NCBI GenBank assembly: GCA_965287045.1
Contig: OZ336890.1
Coordinates: 17,980,001 to 18,044,000, forward strand
Direction: 5' to 3'
DNA length: 64,000 bases
From: Carcharhinus amblyrhynchos
Taxonomy: Eukaryota
Shown: piece after piece, positions 36,500-47,332 of the stretch
Numbering within the stretch: position 1 is the stretch's first letter
How the letters are laid out: each line of letters begins with the position of its first letter
Made by a program: the position numbers and the translations under genes
The notes under the pieces: generated by a model
Seen by the model: only the letters and a program-made list of their open reading frames with translations
Told to the model about the DNA's origin: nothing
Databases searched by the model: none

Positions 36500-37010
36500 C
36501 ATAAGAACACAAGGTAGGAGAAGTAGACCATTTGGCCCCTCCAGTCTGTTCCACCATTTAATACTATCATGGTCAACTTTCCACTTCAATATCACCTTCC
36601 TGCTCCTTCCTTATATTCTATTATGCACTTAACAGTCCAAAAATCTATTTCTCTCAGAATTGAATGCACAGAACAACTGAGCATTCAAACCTCTGTGGTT
36701 GAGAATTCCAAAGATTCAAAACCCACTGTGTGAAAAAAATGTCTTCCCATCTCTGATCAAAATTGCTGCTACCCTATCCTGAGACTATGCTCCCTTTGTT
36801 GTAGAGAGACTTAAACCTCCCAGGGCAGAGTTTTACCGGCTCCTCTGCCAAGTTTCGCACGATTCCGCCCAAGGCCAGTGGAGAATTCCATTCTCCGAGC
36901 CGAGCCCGCCCCTGGAATTGGGGCTGGTATGACGGTAAAATTCCGGCCTCAGTGTGTACCCTGTCAAATCCTCTCAGAGTCTTATATAATTTAGTGAGCA
37001 TTCCATGTGA
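36500..37010 (-). mobile_element. Degraded CR1 3' end containing a MITE (36822-36948)
   Basis: CATAAGAAC...GGAGAAGTAGACCATTTGGCCCC tail; MITE termini GGGCAGAGTTTTACCG / CGGTAAAATTCCGGCC. Confidence 0.65.
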
Positions 37011-37044
37011 TATGTTTTTACCTGGTGTTGATGCTCTCTGTGCT

Positions 37045-37322
37045 GGTTGGCACGGTGGTGCAGCAGTTACACAGTGCCAAGGATCTGGGTTCAATTCCTG
37101 GCTTGTCTGTGTGGAGTCTGCATGTTCTCCGTCTTTCTGCATGGGTTTCCCCCGGGTGCTCCAGTTTCCTTCCACAGTCTGAAAGATGTGCTGGTTGAGA
37201 TTATCCACGCTAAATTCTCAGTGTACCCGAAGAGGCACCAGAGTGTGGCAACTAGGAGATTTTCACAGTAACTTCATTGCAGTATAAGCCTTCTTGTGAT
37301 ACTAACAAATAAATTTAAAACT
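37045..37322 (+). mobile_element. V-SINE type B
   Basis: GGCACGGTGGTGCAG head; GGGTTTCCCCCGGGTGCTCCAGTTTCC; type-B tail. Confidence 0.8.
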
Positions 37323-37382
37323 TAATTACCTTAAACACTCTGTCCCAAATATCTGAATCAGCAAGAGGAGGATAATAAAATC

Positions 37383-37665
37383 AGAAAGAATAGGAACAAG
37401 AGTGGGCCATTCTGAACCTGCTATGCTATTCAGTAACATCACGGCTAATCTGATTGTGACCTTAACTCCATGTATTTGCCGCCCCGCCCTCCCCCAGCCA
37501 TCACTGCCCGCCCCTTTCACCGCAGCCAGATTTTTGATTGACGAGAGAATCAAGCTCACCCTTGAACGTATTCAATATCCCAAGCTCCACTGCTCTCTGG
37601 AGAAGAGAATTCCAAAGTCGTTAGAAAGAAGAGAATTCTCCCCAACCCCATCTTAAATGGGAAAC
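37383..37665 (-). mobile_element. Degraded CR1 3' end
   Basis: ATAGGAACAAGAGTGGGCCATTC...AGAGAATTCCAAAG...CTTAAATGG. Confidence 0.6.
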
Positions 37666-39239
37666 AAATAATCTTAGTTATTTTGTGTGATGATGTTTTT
37701 CAAAAGATTCAATTTCTGATCACTGGGGGCGTTGGTCCATTTACAGATCTTTTTTCCTGAATCTTGCGACAAAGTATTGCGGACAAACCCTAATTGCTAT
37801 GACTTGCCTTCAATACAGGTTGAAGTAACAAAAAAAAATTTAGAGCAAGTCAGTTCTTGGTAGTTAAGTCTTGACCACTGCAAATACTTTCCAATGCTGA
37901 AAATTGTGAACATTTTTCCAGTGTTTGTTGTTGATGTAGTTACTTGATGTACCCAATTTGTGAGAAATTTCCAAAGGCGAATCATGAAAAGCAGATGTGT
38001 ACAATCTGGAGTCAATTGTCGAAAATTTGGAAGACAGAAACTATCAGACATCAATTAAAATATGTAAAAAAAAATGTCATTTTACTCCTCTCACTGCTTA
38101 TGTTTGGGAAGGAATGATTAGAGTTGTTACTGAGGAATAGAGCGCATCAACAGCAAGTTAAATAAAGATACACCACATTAAAGCTCCACTAAGTGGAATC
38201 CTGTGAGCCAATGAAGCCATCACCGGGTATTGAAGCTGACGTAAGGCAAAACGACCGGTGTGGCAGCCTGTGTGTTAATTGTTGATCGACAGCATGGCAC
38301 CACTTGGTGTTCTAACACAATGTGAATAATGCCATTCGTCAGAAATGCTTAATGCCATCAGTTTATCTATGTCCATGCTCTCGGCAGAAGGCGCACAACA
38401 CATCAATTAGCCTCTGTCCTCAAAGCTCTCAGCATAATTGCTCTCCTTCCCTATTAAGGATCTTAGCTACCGTAGCTAAATCTTCCTCCTACAAAGAAAT
38501 AAACTGCTTTGCCACTGGTGGTCTCTATATTTCGACAGTTTTATTCAAGCCTCTCTTAACTCCGAAGCCAGAGTAGTTGGTAACCATGGTAACCCGAGTT
38601 ACAACCTCAGTTCCTGATGTCACTTGAATGTAATTTTTAAAAAATCCTCAAACTTTCTCGAAAGAACTCAATGCAGTGGGATCTGTTAATCCCTTCTTCG
38701 CCAGCTAAAATAAAACGCACCCAAACTGTTAAGAAAAGCAAAGATGAACCAGGTTCGAACCTCTAGGTTCAAACAAATAGTAATAAAAACAGAAAATGCT
38801 GGATAAACTCAACAGATCTGGAGGGAGAAACAATCCAATATGACTACGTCAGAAATAATAGAAGGGCACAGATTCAAAGAACAAATGGTCAGGGGAGGGG
38901 GGAGAGTAGCAAGGGTAGAATTGTTTATTCTTACTAAAATACTGAACCATAGGTGACAACTGAGCTACAGAATATTATTACAAAGGGGTTGAGAAGGGAG
39001 GATGTGAATAGGCATATGAACAGAGGGATTGCAGCAAAGTTGATACACACACAGATGGAGAATTGCAAGGGCAACTGTAGCTGTGCCGGTTAAAAGGCCC
39101 TTTACTCATTATCTGTGATGCTCTCTGACTGTAAATACCTTTAGTACAGCAGAATTCCGCCTTCTCTATCACTGTGAAGCCTCCATTAAATCAAGATATT
39201 CATGGTCAAATGACAGGTGAATTGAAGTTTTCATGAAAG

Positions 39240-39900
39240 ATCCCCCTCGCTCCACTCAAACCCCCTCCCCCACTCTATCCATTCTAGTCCCCTCCCCCAC
39301 TCGATCCGTCTCCCATTCTTTACTCATCCCCCACTCTATCCAACCCCCCATTCTATCCCCCACCCCAATCTATCCCCCATTCTACCCCCTCTCCCACTCT
39401 ATTCCCTTCCCCACTGTATTACTCTATCCAGCCCCCATTCTATTCATCCCCCTCTCTATCCATCCCCCACTTTATCCCCCCCACTATCCATCCCCCCACT
39501 CTATCCCCCACTCTATCCCCCACTCTATCCCCTCCCCCACTGTATCCCCCTCCCCATTCTATCCCCTGCCCTTACTCTGTCCATCACCCCACTCCAGCAT
39601 CCTCCCCCACTCTATCCAATCTCCACTCTAGCTCCCCTCCCCCACTCTATCCATCCCCCACTCTAGCCCCCTCTCCCACACTATCCATCCCCTACTCTTA
39701 TCCAACACACCACTCTATCCCCCTTCCCTACCCTATCTCCCCACTTTAACCCCCTTCCCCATTCTCTCCATCCTCCCTCTGTAACCAACCCTCCCACTCT
39801 ATCCATCCCACTATCCATCTATTTATCCCACACTCTATCCCATCCCCACTCTATCCATCCCTCCCCCCACTCTTTCCATCTAATTCACTCTATCCCAACA
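39240..39900. repeat. (CCCCACTCTAT)n-like degenerate minisatellite, left block
   Basis: Repeated CCCCACTCTATCC; almost no G on the plus strand. Confidence 0.9.
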
Positions 39901-40825
39901 CTGTTTGTAATATATTTAAATGATTTGGAAGAAATGTAACTGGTTTGATTAGTAAGTTTGTGGACAACATAAAGGTTGGTCAAATTGCAGATAGCGATGA
40001 GGACCATCAGAAGATGCAATAGGGTATAGATTGATTGGAGGCTTGAGCAGAGAGACGGCAGATGGAGTTTAATCTGGACAAATGTGGGATATTACATTTT
40101 GGAAGGTCTGATACAGATGGGAAATATACAGTAAATGGCACAACCCTTAAAATTATTGATAGGCAGAGGGATCTGGGTGGCAACACAATTGTAGAAGGTA
40201 GTCAAGAAGGCATACGGCATGCTTGCCTTCATCGGCCAGGGCATTGAGTTTAAAAATTGGCTTTATAGAACCTTAGTTCTATAATATAGTGTCCAATTCT
40301 GGTCAGCACACTACCAGAAGGATGTGGAGGCTTTGGAGAGAGTACAGAAAAGATTTACCAGGATGTTGCCTGGTGTGGAGGGCATTAGCTATGAAGAAAG
40401 GTTGAAGAAGCTTGGTTTGTTCTCACTGGAATGACAGAGTTGAGGGTCGACTTGTTAGAAGTCTACAAGATTATGAGGGGCATGGACACAATGGATAGTC
40501 AGAAGCTTTTTCCCAGGGTGGAAGAGTTAATTACTAGAGGGCATAGGTTCAAAGTGTGAGAAGCGAAGTTTAAATGATTTGTATGAGGCGAGTTTTTTAC
40601 ACAGAGGGTGGTGGGTGCCTGGAACTTGATGCTGGGGGTGGTAGTGGAAGCAGATATGATAGTGGCTTTTAAAGGGCATCTTGACAAATACTCGAGTAGG
40701 ATGGGAATAGAAGGATATAGTCCCCAGAAGGATGTGGGGTTTTAGTTCAGACAGGCAGCATGTTTGGTGCAGCTTGGAGAGCTGAAGGGCCTGTTCCTGT
40801 ACTTTTCTTTGGTCTTTGTTCTTTC
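39901..40825 (+). mobile_element. CR1 LINE 3' part inserted into the minisatellite
   Basis: MEFNLDKC..HFGRS; TTCTGGTCAGCACACTACCAGAAGGATGTGGAGGC; GGGCCTGTTCCTGT..TTCTTTGGTCTTTGTTCTTT tail; same subfamily as 9470-10580. Confidence 0.88.
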
Positions 40826-41192
40826 TTCTATCCATCCTCCACCTTATCCCCTCCACTCTACCCAACCCCACATTATCCCCCTCTCCACTCTATCCTCACA
40901 CTTCTATCCCCTCACTCTATCCCCTCCCCATTATCTCCACAACTCTATTCCCCCGTCTACCCCCTCCCCCAATCTAACCCCATCCTCACTCTATACCTCG
41001 ACTCTACCACCCCCCACTCTATTTGCCTCCCCTCTCTATTCCCCCCACTCTATCCCGCTCCCCAACTCGATCCCTGCAGCTCCATTCCCCTCTCTATCTC
41101 CTCCCGCAATCTAAGACCCTCCCCACTCTATCCCGCTATTCTATCCCCTCCACTCAATCATCCGCCACTCCATCCACTCTCCCTCCTTCCCC
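40826..41192. repeat. (CCCCACTCTAT)n-like minisatellite, right block
   Basis: Same unit resumes after the CR1 tail. Confidence 0.88.
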
Positions 41193-41849
41193 TCGAAACA
41201 TTCGAGTGTTTTCAGATTAAAATAGTTTTAAAGATGATGAATGGTTTGAAGTGACGGATTTACTAGGAAGGTAGATCAGGAAACTGGGGCGCAATTCAGG
41301 CAACATTCACCCAAGGAAAGCCTGGCGGCTAAACCCGCTCAGTGTCACCATTGAAGAAAGTGATGTTAGTAAAGATTCTACATACATTTTCCACATTGCC
41401 CTGCCTCAGATCCCACTGCAAATGTTCTCAGCAAACTTAGAAAATTCAGGCGCAGCGGTGCATAAAAGTGACTCATTCAATACAAATTCCAACAGCATGA
41501 TTGGAGTTGAAGGAGAGACATGATTGACTCTTTCTGTCCTACCATGTTTCCAGGCGTCTACTCCACTGGGCTCTTTCTCACTGTCAGGAGTAGGGGGGAG
41601 CGGTGATTTCTCACCAGAAGAGATCGCAATTCGCGGTTGCTGTTGATTCTGTCACTCCGCCTATCCTTTTGATTTCGCCAATGCGCTCACACAGGTTGGG
41701 AGCTCCGTCCCTGCTGTCTTTCACGCCGGAAGCGGAGTTCACCCAAGCAAAAGTCAGCGCACCCACATCAGATCAGATCAGCTTCCCTGCCTCCTGCCAT
41801 CTGCAATCCAATCCCAATATCGCTCCTACCCTACTTCCCTGTGAAACAG

Positions 41850-42388
41850 CACACACACACACACACTCACACAGTCTAACATACACACACACACACACTC
41901 ACATAGCCTAACACAAACACACACACACAGTCTAACATACACACACACACACACTCACACAGCCTAACATACACACACACACACTCACATAGCCTAACAC
42001 AAACACACACACACAGTCTAACATACACACACACACACACACACAGCCGAACATACACACACACACACTCACATAGCCTAACACAAACACACACACAGAC
42101 TCACACAGCCTAACATACACACACACTCTCAAACACACTCACACAGCCTAACACACACACACACAAACTCACACTCACACATACTCATTTACACAAACTT
42201 ACACATACACTCATATACTCATACACACACACTCANNNNNNNNNNNNNNNNNNNNNNNNNNNNNNNNNNNNNNNNNNNNNNNNNNNNNNNNNNNNNNNNN
42301 NNNNNNNNNNNNNNNNNNNNNNNNNNNNNNNNNNNNNNNNNNNNNNNNNNNNNNNNNNNNNNNCTCACACATACACACTCACTCACAC
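41850..42388. repeat. CA-rich compound minisatellite (AGCCTAACAT(AC)n units)
   Basis: Repeated AGTCTAACATACACAC / AGCCTAACACAAACAC; spans an assembly gap. Confidence 0.92.
42236..42363. other. Assembly gap (128 N)
   Basis: Run of N characters. Confidence 1.
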
Positions 42389-42850
42389 CTGTCCTTCGCA
42401 CCATGCGTGTGCAGGGAGGGAGAGGGTTGCATCCACTTCAGAGAGCATGAAATGAGAATTGAGCAATGGACATCACAGAACATGTCGATAGAACCCAGCC
42501 ATATAACCCTCTGCAGCATCGAGTGCTTTCACTACTTCTGGCAAGTGCAGAGACAGAGCTAGTCCAGTCTGCACCTTCCAGATTAGTGTGGGAGTTAACA
42601 GTGACTTACTCCCCCGTTCCCCGCCTTCCCATGGTGACTTATCCCCCTCTCCACATCCACCCCAAATATGGCCAAATAAAGCCCCTCATTCGTGGGAATG
42701 AATGAAATCGCTCACCTACACTCAAGAGGATGTTCTCTAATGTGTTTTTACAGCATGAACACTTACTACAGCGCAGTCTAGGTGAAGAAGAATGCTAGCT
42801 GTGTTGGGAAGGTATAGTTCTGTTGGGGATGCTCTCGTTCCCTTAGGAGT

Positions 42851-43100
42851 GCTATAGTTTTGCTGGGAATGCTACAGTTTTGCTGGGAATGCTATAGTTT
42901 TGCTGGGAATGTTATAGTTCTGCTGGGAATGCTACAGTTTTGCTGGGAATGCTTTGGTTCTGCTGGGAATATTATAGTTCTGCTGGGAATATTATAGTTC
43001 TGCTGGGAATGCTATAGTCTGTTGGGAATGCTATAGTCTGTTGGGAACGTTATAGTCTGCTGGGAATGCTATAGTCTGCTGGGAATGCTACAGTCTGCTG
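42851..43100. repeat. Tandem repeat: 8 x 20 bp (GCTATAGTTTTGCTGGGAAT) then ~4.5 x 19 bp
   Basis: Directly visible; degenerate units also at ~42790-42835. Confidence 0.95.
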
Positions 43101-43169
43101 CTCCCTCCGCTCTGTGTTACTGCAGTCAGACATATGCAACCCCGCGGGGATCTAAGAACTCGCTATCTG

Positions 43170-43587
43170 CCTTCAGCCTGACGTAGGAAGCATACGTTGG
43201 AAACGTCGGAGATATTTAACATCAATTGCTATCAGCACTCACTGCTCTGGCTCCATCGTGTGTGCACCAGTCGAGGCTGCTGCTTCCTTCCGCAAAAGCA
43301 GCGGAGATTCCTGAGGTTGGGCTGCGTTTCTCTCTGCCTGAGACCAGGCTTGCTGGGATCTGGTCGCATCTCTCTCCCACCCCCTCGCTGGCCCTTTCCA
43401 AACACTCGGATGCCACTGGCAAAAGGAACCACAGGTGCTTTCAGCCACTTCCACAGCCCCGGAGGCTCCCACTCCTGCTTTTGGACTGGGTGTGAAATCA
43501 GACGGTATCTTGTTCCAATGTTTGTCTAAAACTCAACAGACGGACGGATTGGATTGCAGGTTTCCTGCCCCCCCCCCTCCCTGGAAG
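43170..43587 (+). promoter_or_regulatory. SSTR2: Predicted SSTR2 promoter and non-coding first exon
   Basis: CRE-like TGACGTAG 43179-43186; TATA-like TATTTAA ~43213-43219; CpG-enriched stretch ending in a perfect donor AAG|GTAAGT (exon end 43587); matching acceptor TTTTTGCGGCAG| at 44725. Confidence 0.6.
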
Positions 43588-44224
43588 GTAAGTGTCTACA
43601 GGTGTGTGTGTGTGTGTGTGTGTGTCCCCCTCCTCCTCCTCCCACCCTCCAACAAAAGGGGGCTGGACAGTTCAGAATGGAAGGAGTCTGCTGAATAGTA
43701 AAGGCGAGGGGGTGTCTGCAATAGTGAATACAGCAGTCCAGACAGTCTGCCTGCTTTCCTGAGGGTCATTTCACAGCTTCCAAGGTTCAGGGTTTACCAC
43801 CGAAATGTGACATCTCACTGAAGCGCCGGGAATACCTTTAAAATCCATCTGGGAAGAACGGTGAATTCCACAGGTGCCCAAGCTGCTCTGTGCATAGACA
43901 CTGGTGACATGAGCTAAAATGTACATTCGAAGCATTGCAAAAGGAGGACCTAGATTTCCTTCCTTCCTAGCGTTTGGAGAATCAACTTGAATATCAAAAA
44001 TAAAATTCCGACGGATTACCGAGGCTTTTTACCCTGCCTAGAATTGATAATTTTTTAAAATTCTAAGGTATTTTGCGTGGATTCTGACCCTTCCGTGAGA
44101 TCATTACATTTCCTCCCTCGTTGTGTCAGTCATTGGGAATTTTGCAGCACTTCTGCTGTCCAGGGGTTAGAGATTGTCAGGTTTGGTTTCTTTAAAGGTA
44201 ACGTGAAATGCTCTCAGCTGCCCT

Positions 44225-44298
44225 CCAAGGGGCAACCAGGGATGGGCAATAAATGTTGGCCAGCAAACGCCAGCCATGCCCCACGATTGAATAAATGA
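44225..44298 (+). mobile_element. LINE/SINE 3' tail fragment in the predicted SSTR2 intron
   Basis: GGGCAACCAGGGATGGGCAATAAATGTTGGCC...GAATAAA; reverse copy at 47462-47530. Confidence 0.6.
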
Positions 44299-44746
44299 AA
44301 CAACGCCGAGATGACCCTGAGTTTTGGTTTTGTTAACTTTGGCTCCCACATCCCACCTGTCCTGGGATCGAACCTGGCGGGGGTTTGAATGGAGAAAGGG
44401 TGCCCCAATCATTTTCTGGATGCCTCTGCCGCGAAACTGGAGCAAAAAGACTGGATGAACACAGGTCGGTGGGCTCCCGGTTTTCGGGAAGGATTTGAGA
44501 ATGAGACTCTGTGTTTAAAATGGAATAGACGTTATTGGTTAGAACCTGTTAAACTGAGTGCAGTTAGCTGCAAATTCGCCTGTTGATGTTGTTAAAAAGA
44601 GTGTATTGATTTTTACATTAGTACATTATTTTAATACAAGTATATTACTTATTGCACTGGTAAAATAAGAGTGTGTGATAGTGGGTGCTGAGTAAAGCCT
44701 TTTTTTTGGTACCTTTTTGCGGCAGGTCCTGTCTATAATGTCCAGC

Positions 44747-44786
44747 CCGTGCTACCAAATGAACCTGTTGGACTTTAACCTGGTGT
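44747..44786 (+). mobile_element. Penelope-type terminal fragment in the predicted SSTR2 5'UTR
   Basis: GTGCTACCAAATGAACCTGTTGGACTTTAACCTGGTGT is nearly the reverse complement of 47025-47063 and matches 47256-47278 directly. Confidence 0.75.
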
Positions 44787-44860
44787 AATGCCCAGGCAGG
44801 CGCCCAGGCTGGGGTGAAGGATCAGTCCAGGGTAACACAAACACACACACACACAGAAAG

Positions 44861-45988
44861 ATGGCTTTGGACCTCTCCACGCCGCTCAGCACCACGGCGG
44901 AGTGGCTCTTTGAGGAAGGGGGAAATCTCTCCAGCGGGATCTACCCCAATCTCACCCAGAACATCAGCAAGCCCACCAACCAGACTGAGCTGGACATGAG
45001 CGGCAGCGTGTTCCTGCCCTTCATCTACTTTGTGGTGTGTGTAGTGGGTCTCAGCGGCAACACGCTGGTCATCTATGTGATCTTCCGCTACGCCAAGATG
45101 AAGACGGTGACCAACATCTACATCCTGAACCTGGCCATCGCGGACGAGCTCTTTATGGTGGCGCTGCCCTTCTTTGCCACCCAGGCGGCCCTGGCCCACT
45201 GGCCCTTCGGCCAGGCTGCCTGCCGGGTGCTGATGACCCTGGACGGCATCAACCAGTTCACCAGCATCTTCTGCCTGACTGTGATGAGCATTGACCGCTA
45301 CCTGGCCGTGGTCCACCCCATCAAATCCTCCAAGTGGCGCAAGCCTCGGCTGGCCAAGCTGGTGAACGGGGCGGTGTGGTTCATCTCCCTGCTGGTTATT
45401 CTGCCCATCATGATCTACTCGGCCGTGCAGACCCGCAATGGCAGGAGCAGCTGCACCATCACCTGGCCCAGCCAGAACCCCTCCTGGTACACCGCCTTTG
45501 GCATCTACACCTTCGCCCTGGGCTTCTTCCTGCCCCTGACCATCATCTGCCTCTGCTATCTCATGATCATCATCAAGGTCAAAGCCTCGGGCATCCGCGT
45601 GGGATCCTCCAAGCGCAAGAAATCCGAGAAGAAGGTCACCAGGATGGTCTCCATTGTGGTGGCGGTCTTTGTCTTCTGCTGGCTGCCTTTCTACATCTTC
45701 AACTTCCTGCCCCTGGCTGTGGATGTCAAGCCCACCCTGGCCATGAAGGGCTTCTATGAGTTCGTGGTCATCCTCTCCTACGCCAATAGTTGCGCCAACC
45801 CCATCCTCTACGCCTTCCTGTCCGACAACTTCAAGAAGAGCTTTCAGAACGTGCTGTGCCTGAAGAAGGTGAGTGGCCTGGATGAGGCTGACCGCAGTGA
45901 CAGCCGCCAGGACAAATCCAGACTCCAGGATGTCACAGAGACTCAGAGGACCCTGCTGAATGGCGATGATCTCCAAACCAGTATTTAA
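44861..45988 (+). CDS. SSTR2: Somatostatin receptor type 2 (SSTR2a-type), intronless CDS, 375 aa
   Basis: [80 protein letters not shown] and the diagnostic tail [22 protein letters not shown]; strong Kozak AAGATGG; synteny with SLC39A11. Confidence 0.97.
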   Translation: MALDLSTPLSTTAEWLFEEGGNLSSGIYPNLTQNISKPTNQTELDMSGSVFLPFIYFVVCVVGLSGNTLVIYVIFRYAKMKTVTNIYILNLAIADELFMVALPFFATQAALAHWPFGQAACRVLMTLDGINQFTSIFCLTVMSIDRYLAVVHPIKSSKWRKPRLAKLVNGAVWFISLLVILPIMIYSAVQTRNGRSSCTITWPSQNPSWYTAFGIYTFALGFFLPLTIICLCYLMIIIKVKASGIRVGSSKRKKSEKKVTRMVSIVVAVFVFCWLPFYIFNFLPLAVDVKPTLAMKGFYEFVVILSYANSCANPILYAFLSDNFKKSFQNVLCLKKVSGLDEADRSDSRQDKSRLQDVTETQRTLLNGDDLQTSI

Positions 45989-46777
45989 AATGCTCCTTCC
46001 CCCAAAAAATTACCCCCACCCCAGCAGAGAGATCACCTTGCACCGAGCTCGGCGCCCTTCCCCAGTGTAAAATTCCAGGTAAATCTTGGCTCCGTCTAAG
46101 CTGACTCGTGGGGTTTGCAATGTACTGGATTTTAATGTAAGCGGATTTTAATGTGGGCAGTACAGATAGGTCTAACCCTAGCTCCAGCAGCCGAGGCTAA
46201 TGTTCCATTGCTACGTATTCCAGTGTACTAACAAACTGCTTTCTGTGTCGCCCCAACATGGTTAAAAGCAACTGTGGTGTTAACGTGGCAAAGCTTCAGC
46301 ATAGTTCTCCCGTGCACCGGTCCAGCTTTGGCCGCTTCAGTGAATCTCGTCTTTAATGGGAAGCTGAGCTATTTCATCCCACTGTCACCCGGCTCCTCCG
46401 GCAGATTCACGAGTGAATTAGTTGGCTGATGACTGGATTGTATGGCGGGTAGTGCAGGAGCTCCGCACTGGGCAACGCACACGACCTCGGGGCTGGATAT
46501 CTAAAAGATAAGCAAGAACTACTGAGGATGCTCAGCATCAGTGGAGGGAGAGAGAGGAAAACAGCATCAAACCTGACTTTTCCTCTTATATATGTATTAT
46601 ATATATATATCATATCAGCCCAGTCTTTTTGCAGGTAATTGGAGAGTTAGCATATTAATGAGATGAGCTCCAGTACAATCCCATTCTCTGTGAGATGGCC
46701 TCTTCTTCCTCTGCATTGTATCCTTTTAGGCTTTTGCTGCTTTACCCTTGGAGTAGATTTGGATCTATTTCAGAAAT

Positions 46778-46783
46778 AATAAA
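46778..46783 (+). terminator. Candidate proximal polyadenylation signal of SSTR2
   Basis: AATAAA followed by a T-rich tract at ~46803-46809. Confidence 0.35.
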
Positions 46784-47006
46784 GCAATGACTACAGTTAA
46801 GCTTTTTTTCTGCGACCTGGCTTTGAAAAGAAAATCCTTTAATTTTCATTTCTCACACATTTTTCTCCAAGAGTGACCCAACTCCCATATTTAGACAATG
46901 ACCAAATCTTGTGTAGTGAATCATTCCAACCATTCCCAGGAACATTCTTTTCACATTCTCATTCCATGTGTTTATTCTTGGTAAATAGGAATGGGGTAAT
47001 GTTATA

Positions 47007-47332
47007 CACAGTAAGAAGTCCCACAACACCAGGTTAAAGTCCAACAGGTTTATGTGGTAGCACAAGCCAATAGCTTTCGGAGCGCTTCCCCTTCTGTTCC
47101 CCGTTTGTGAACAGAACTCCCACTTACACGGTGAAGGAGCAGCGCTCTGAAAATTAGTGGCTTGTGCTCCCAAATACCCTGTTTGTGAACAGGACTCCCA
47201 CTTGCCTGATGAAGGGGCAGGCCTCCAAATGCTAGTGGCTTGTGCAAATAAAAGTCCTGTTGGACTTTGACCTGGTGTTGTGAGACTTCTTACTGTGTTT
47301 ACCCCAGTCCAATGCCAGCATATCCACATCAT
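47007..47332. mobile_element. Palindromic Penelope-type terminal-repeat element with three decayed hammerhead motifs
   Basis: Inverted arms 47007-47048 / 47256-47297; internal direct repeat GTGAACAGRACTCCCACTT; CTGATGAAGGGGC at ~47206. Confidence 0.7.

Noticed and set aside
39233-41254. Pro/Ser/His-rich ORFs
   Set aside because: They are translations of the C-rich minisatellite.
42851-43100. Regular repeats as a CRISPR-like array
   Set aside because: The units are contiguous with no unique spacers, the context is eukaryotic and there are no cas genes.
44885-44905. RE1/REST-like TCAGCACCACGG in the SSTR2 CDS
   Set aside because: Only the left half matches; the GACAG right half is absent and the sequence is under coding constraint.
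44822-45976. 384-aa antisense ORF overlapping SSTR2
   Set aside because: Expected shadow of a CDS with very high third-position GC; it coincides with the sense CDS and has no recognisable protein features.
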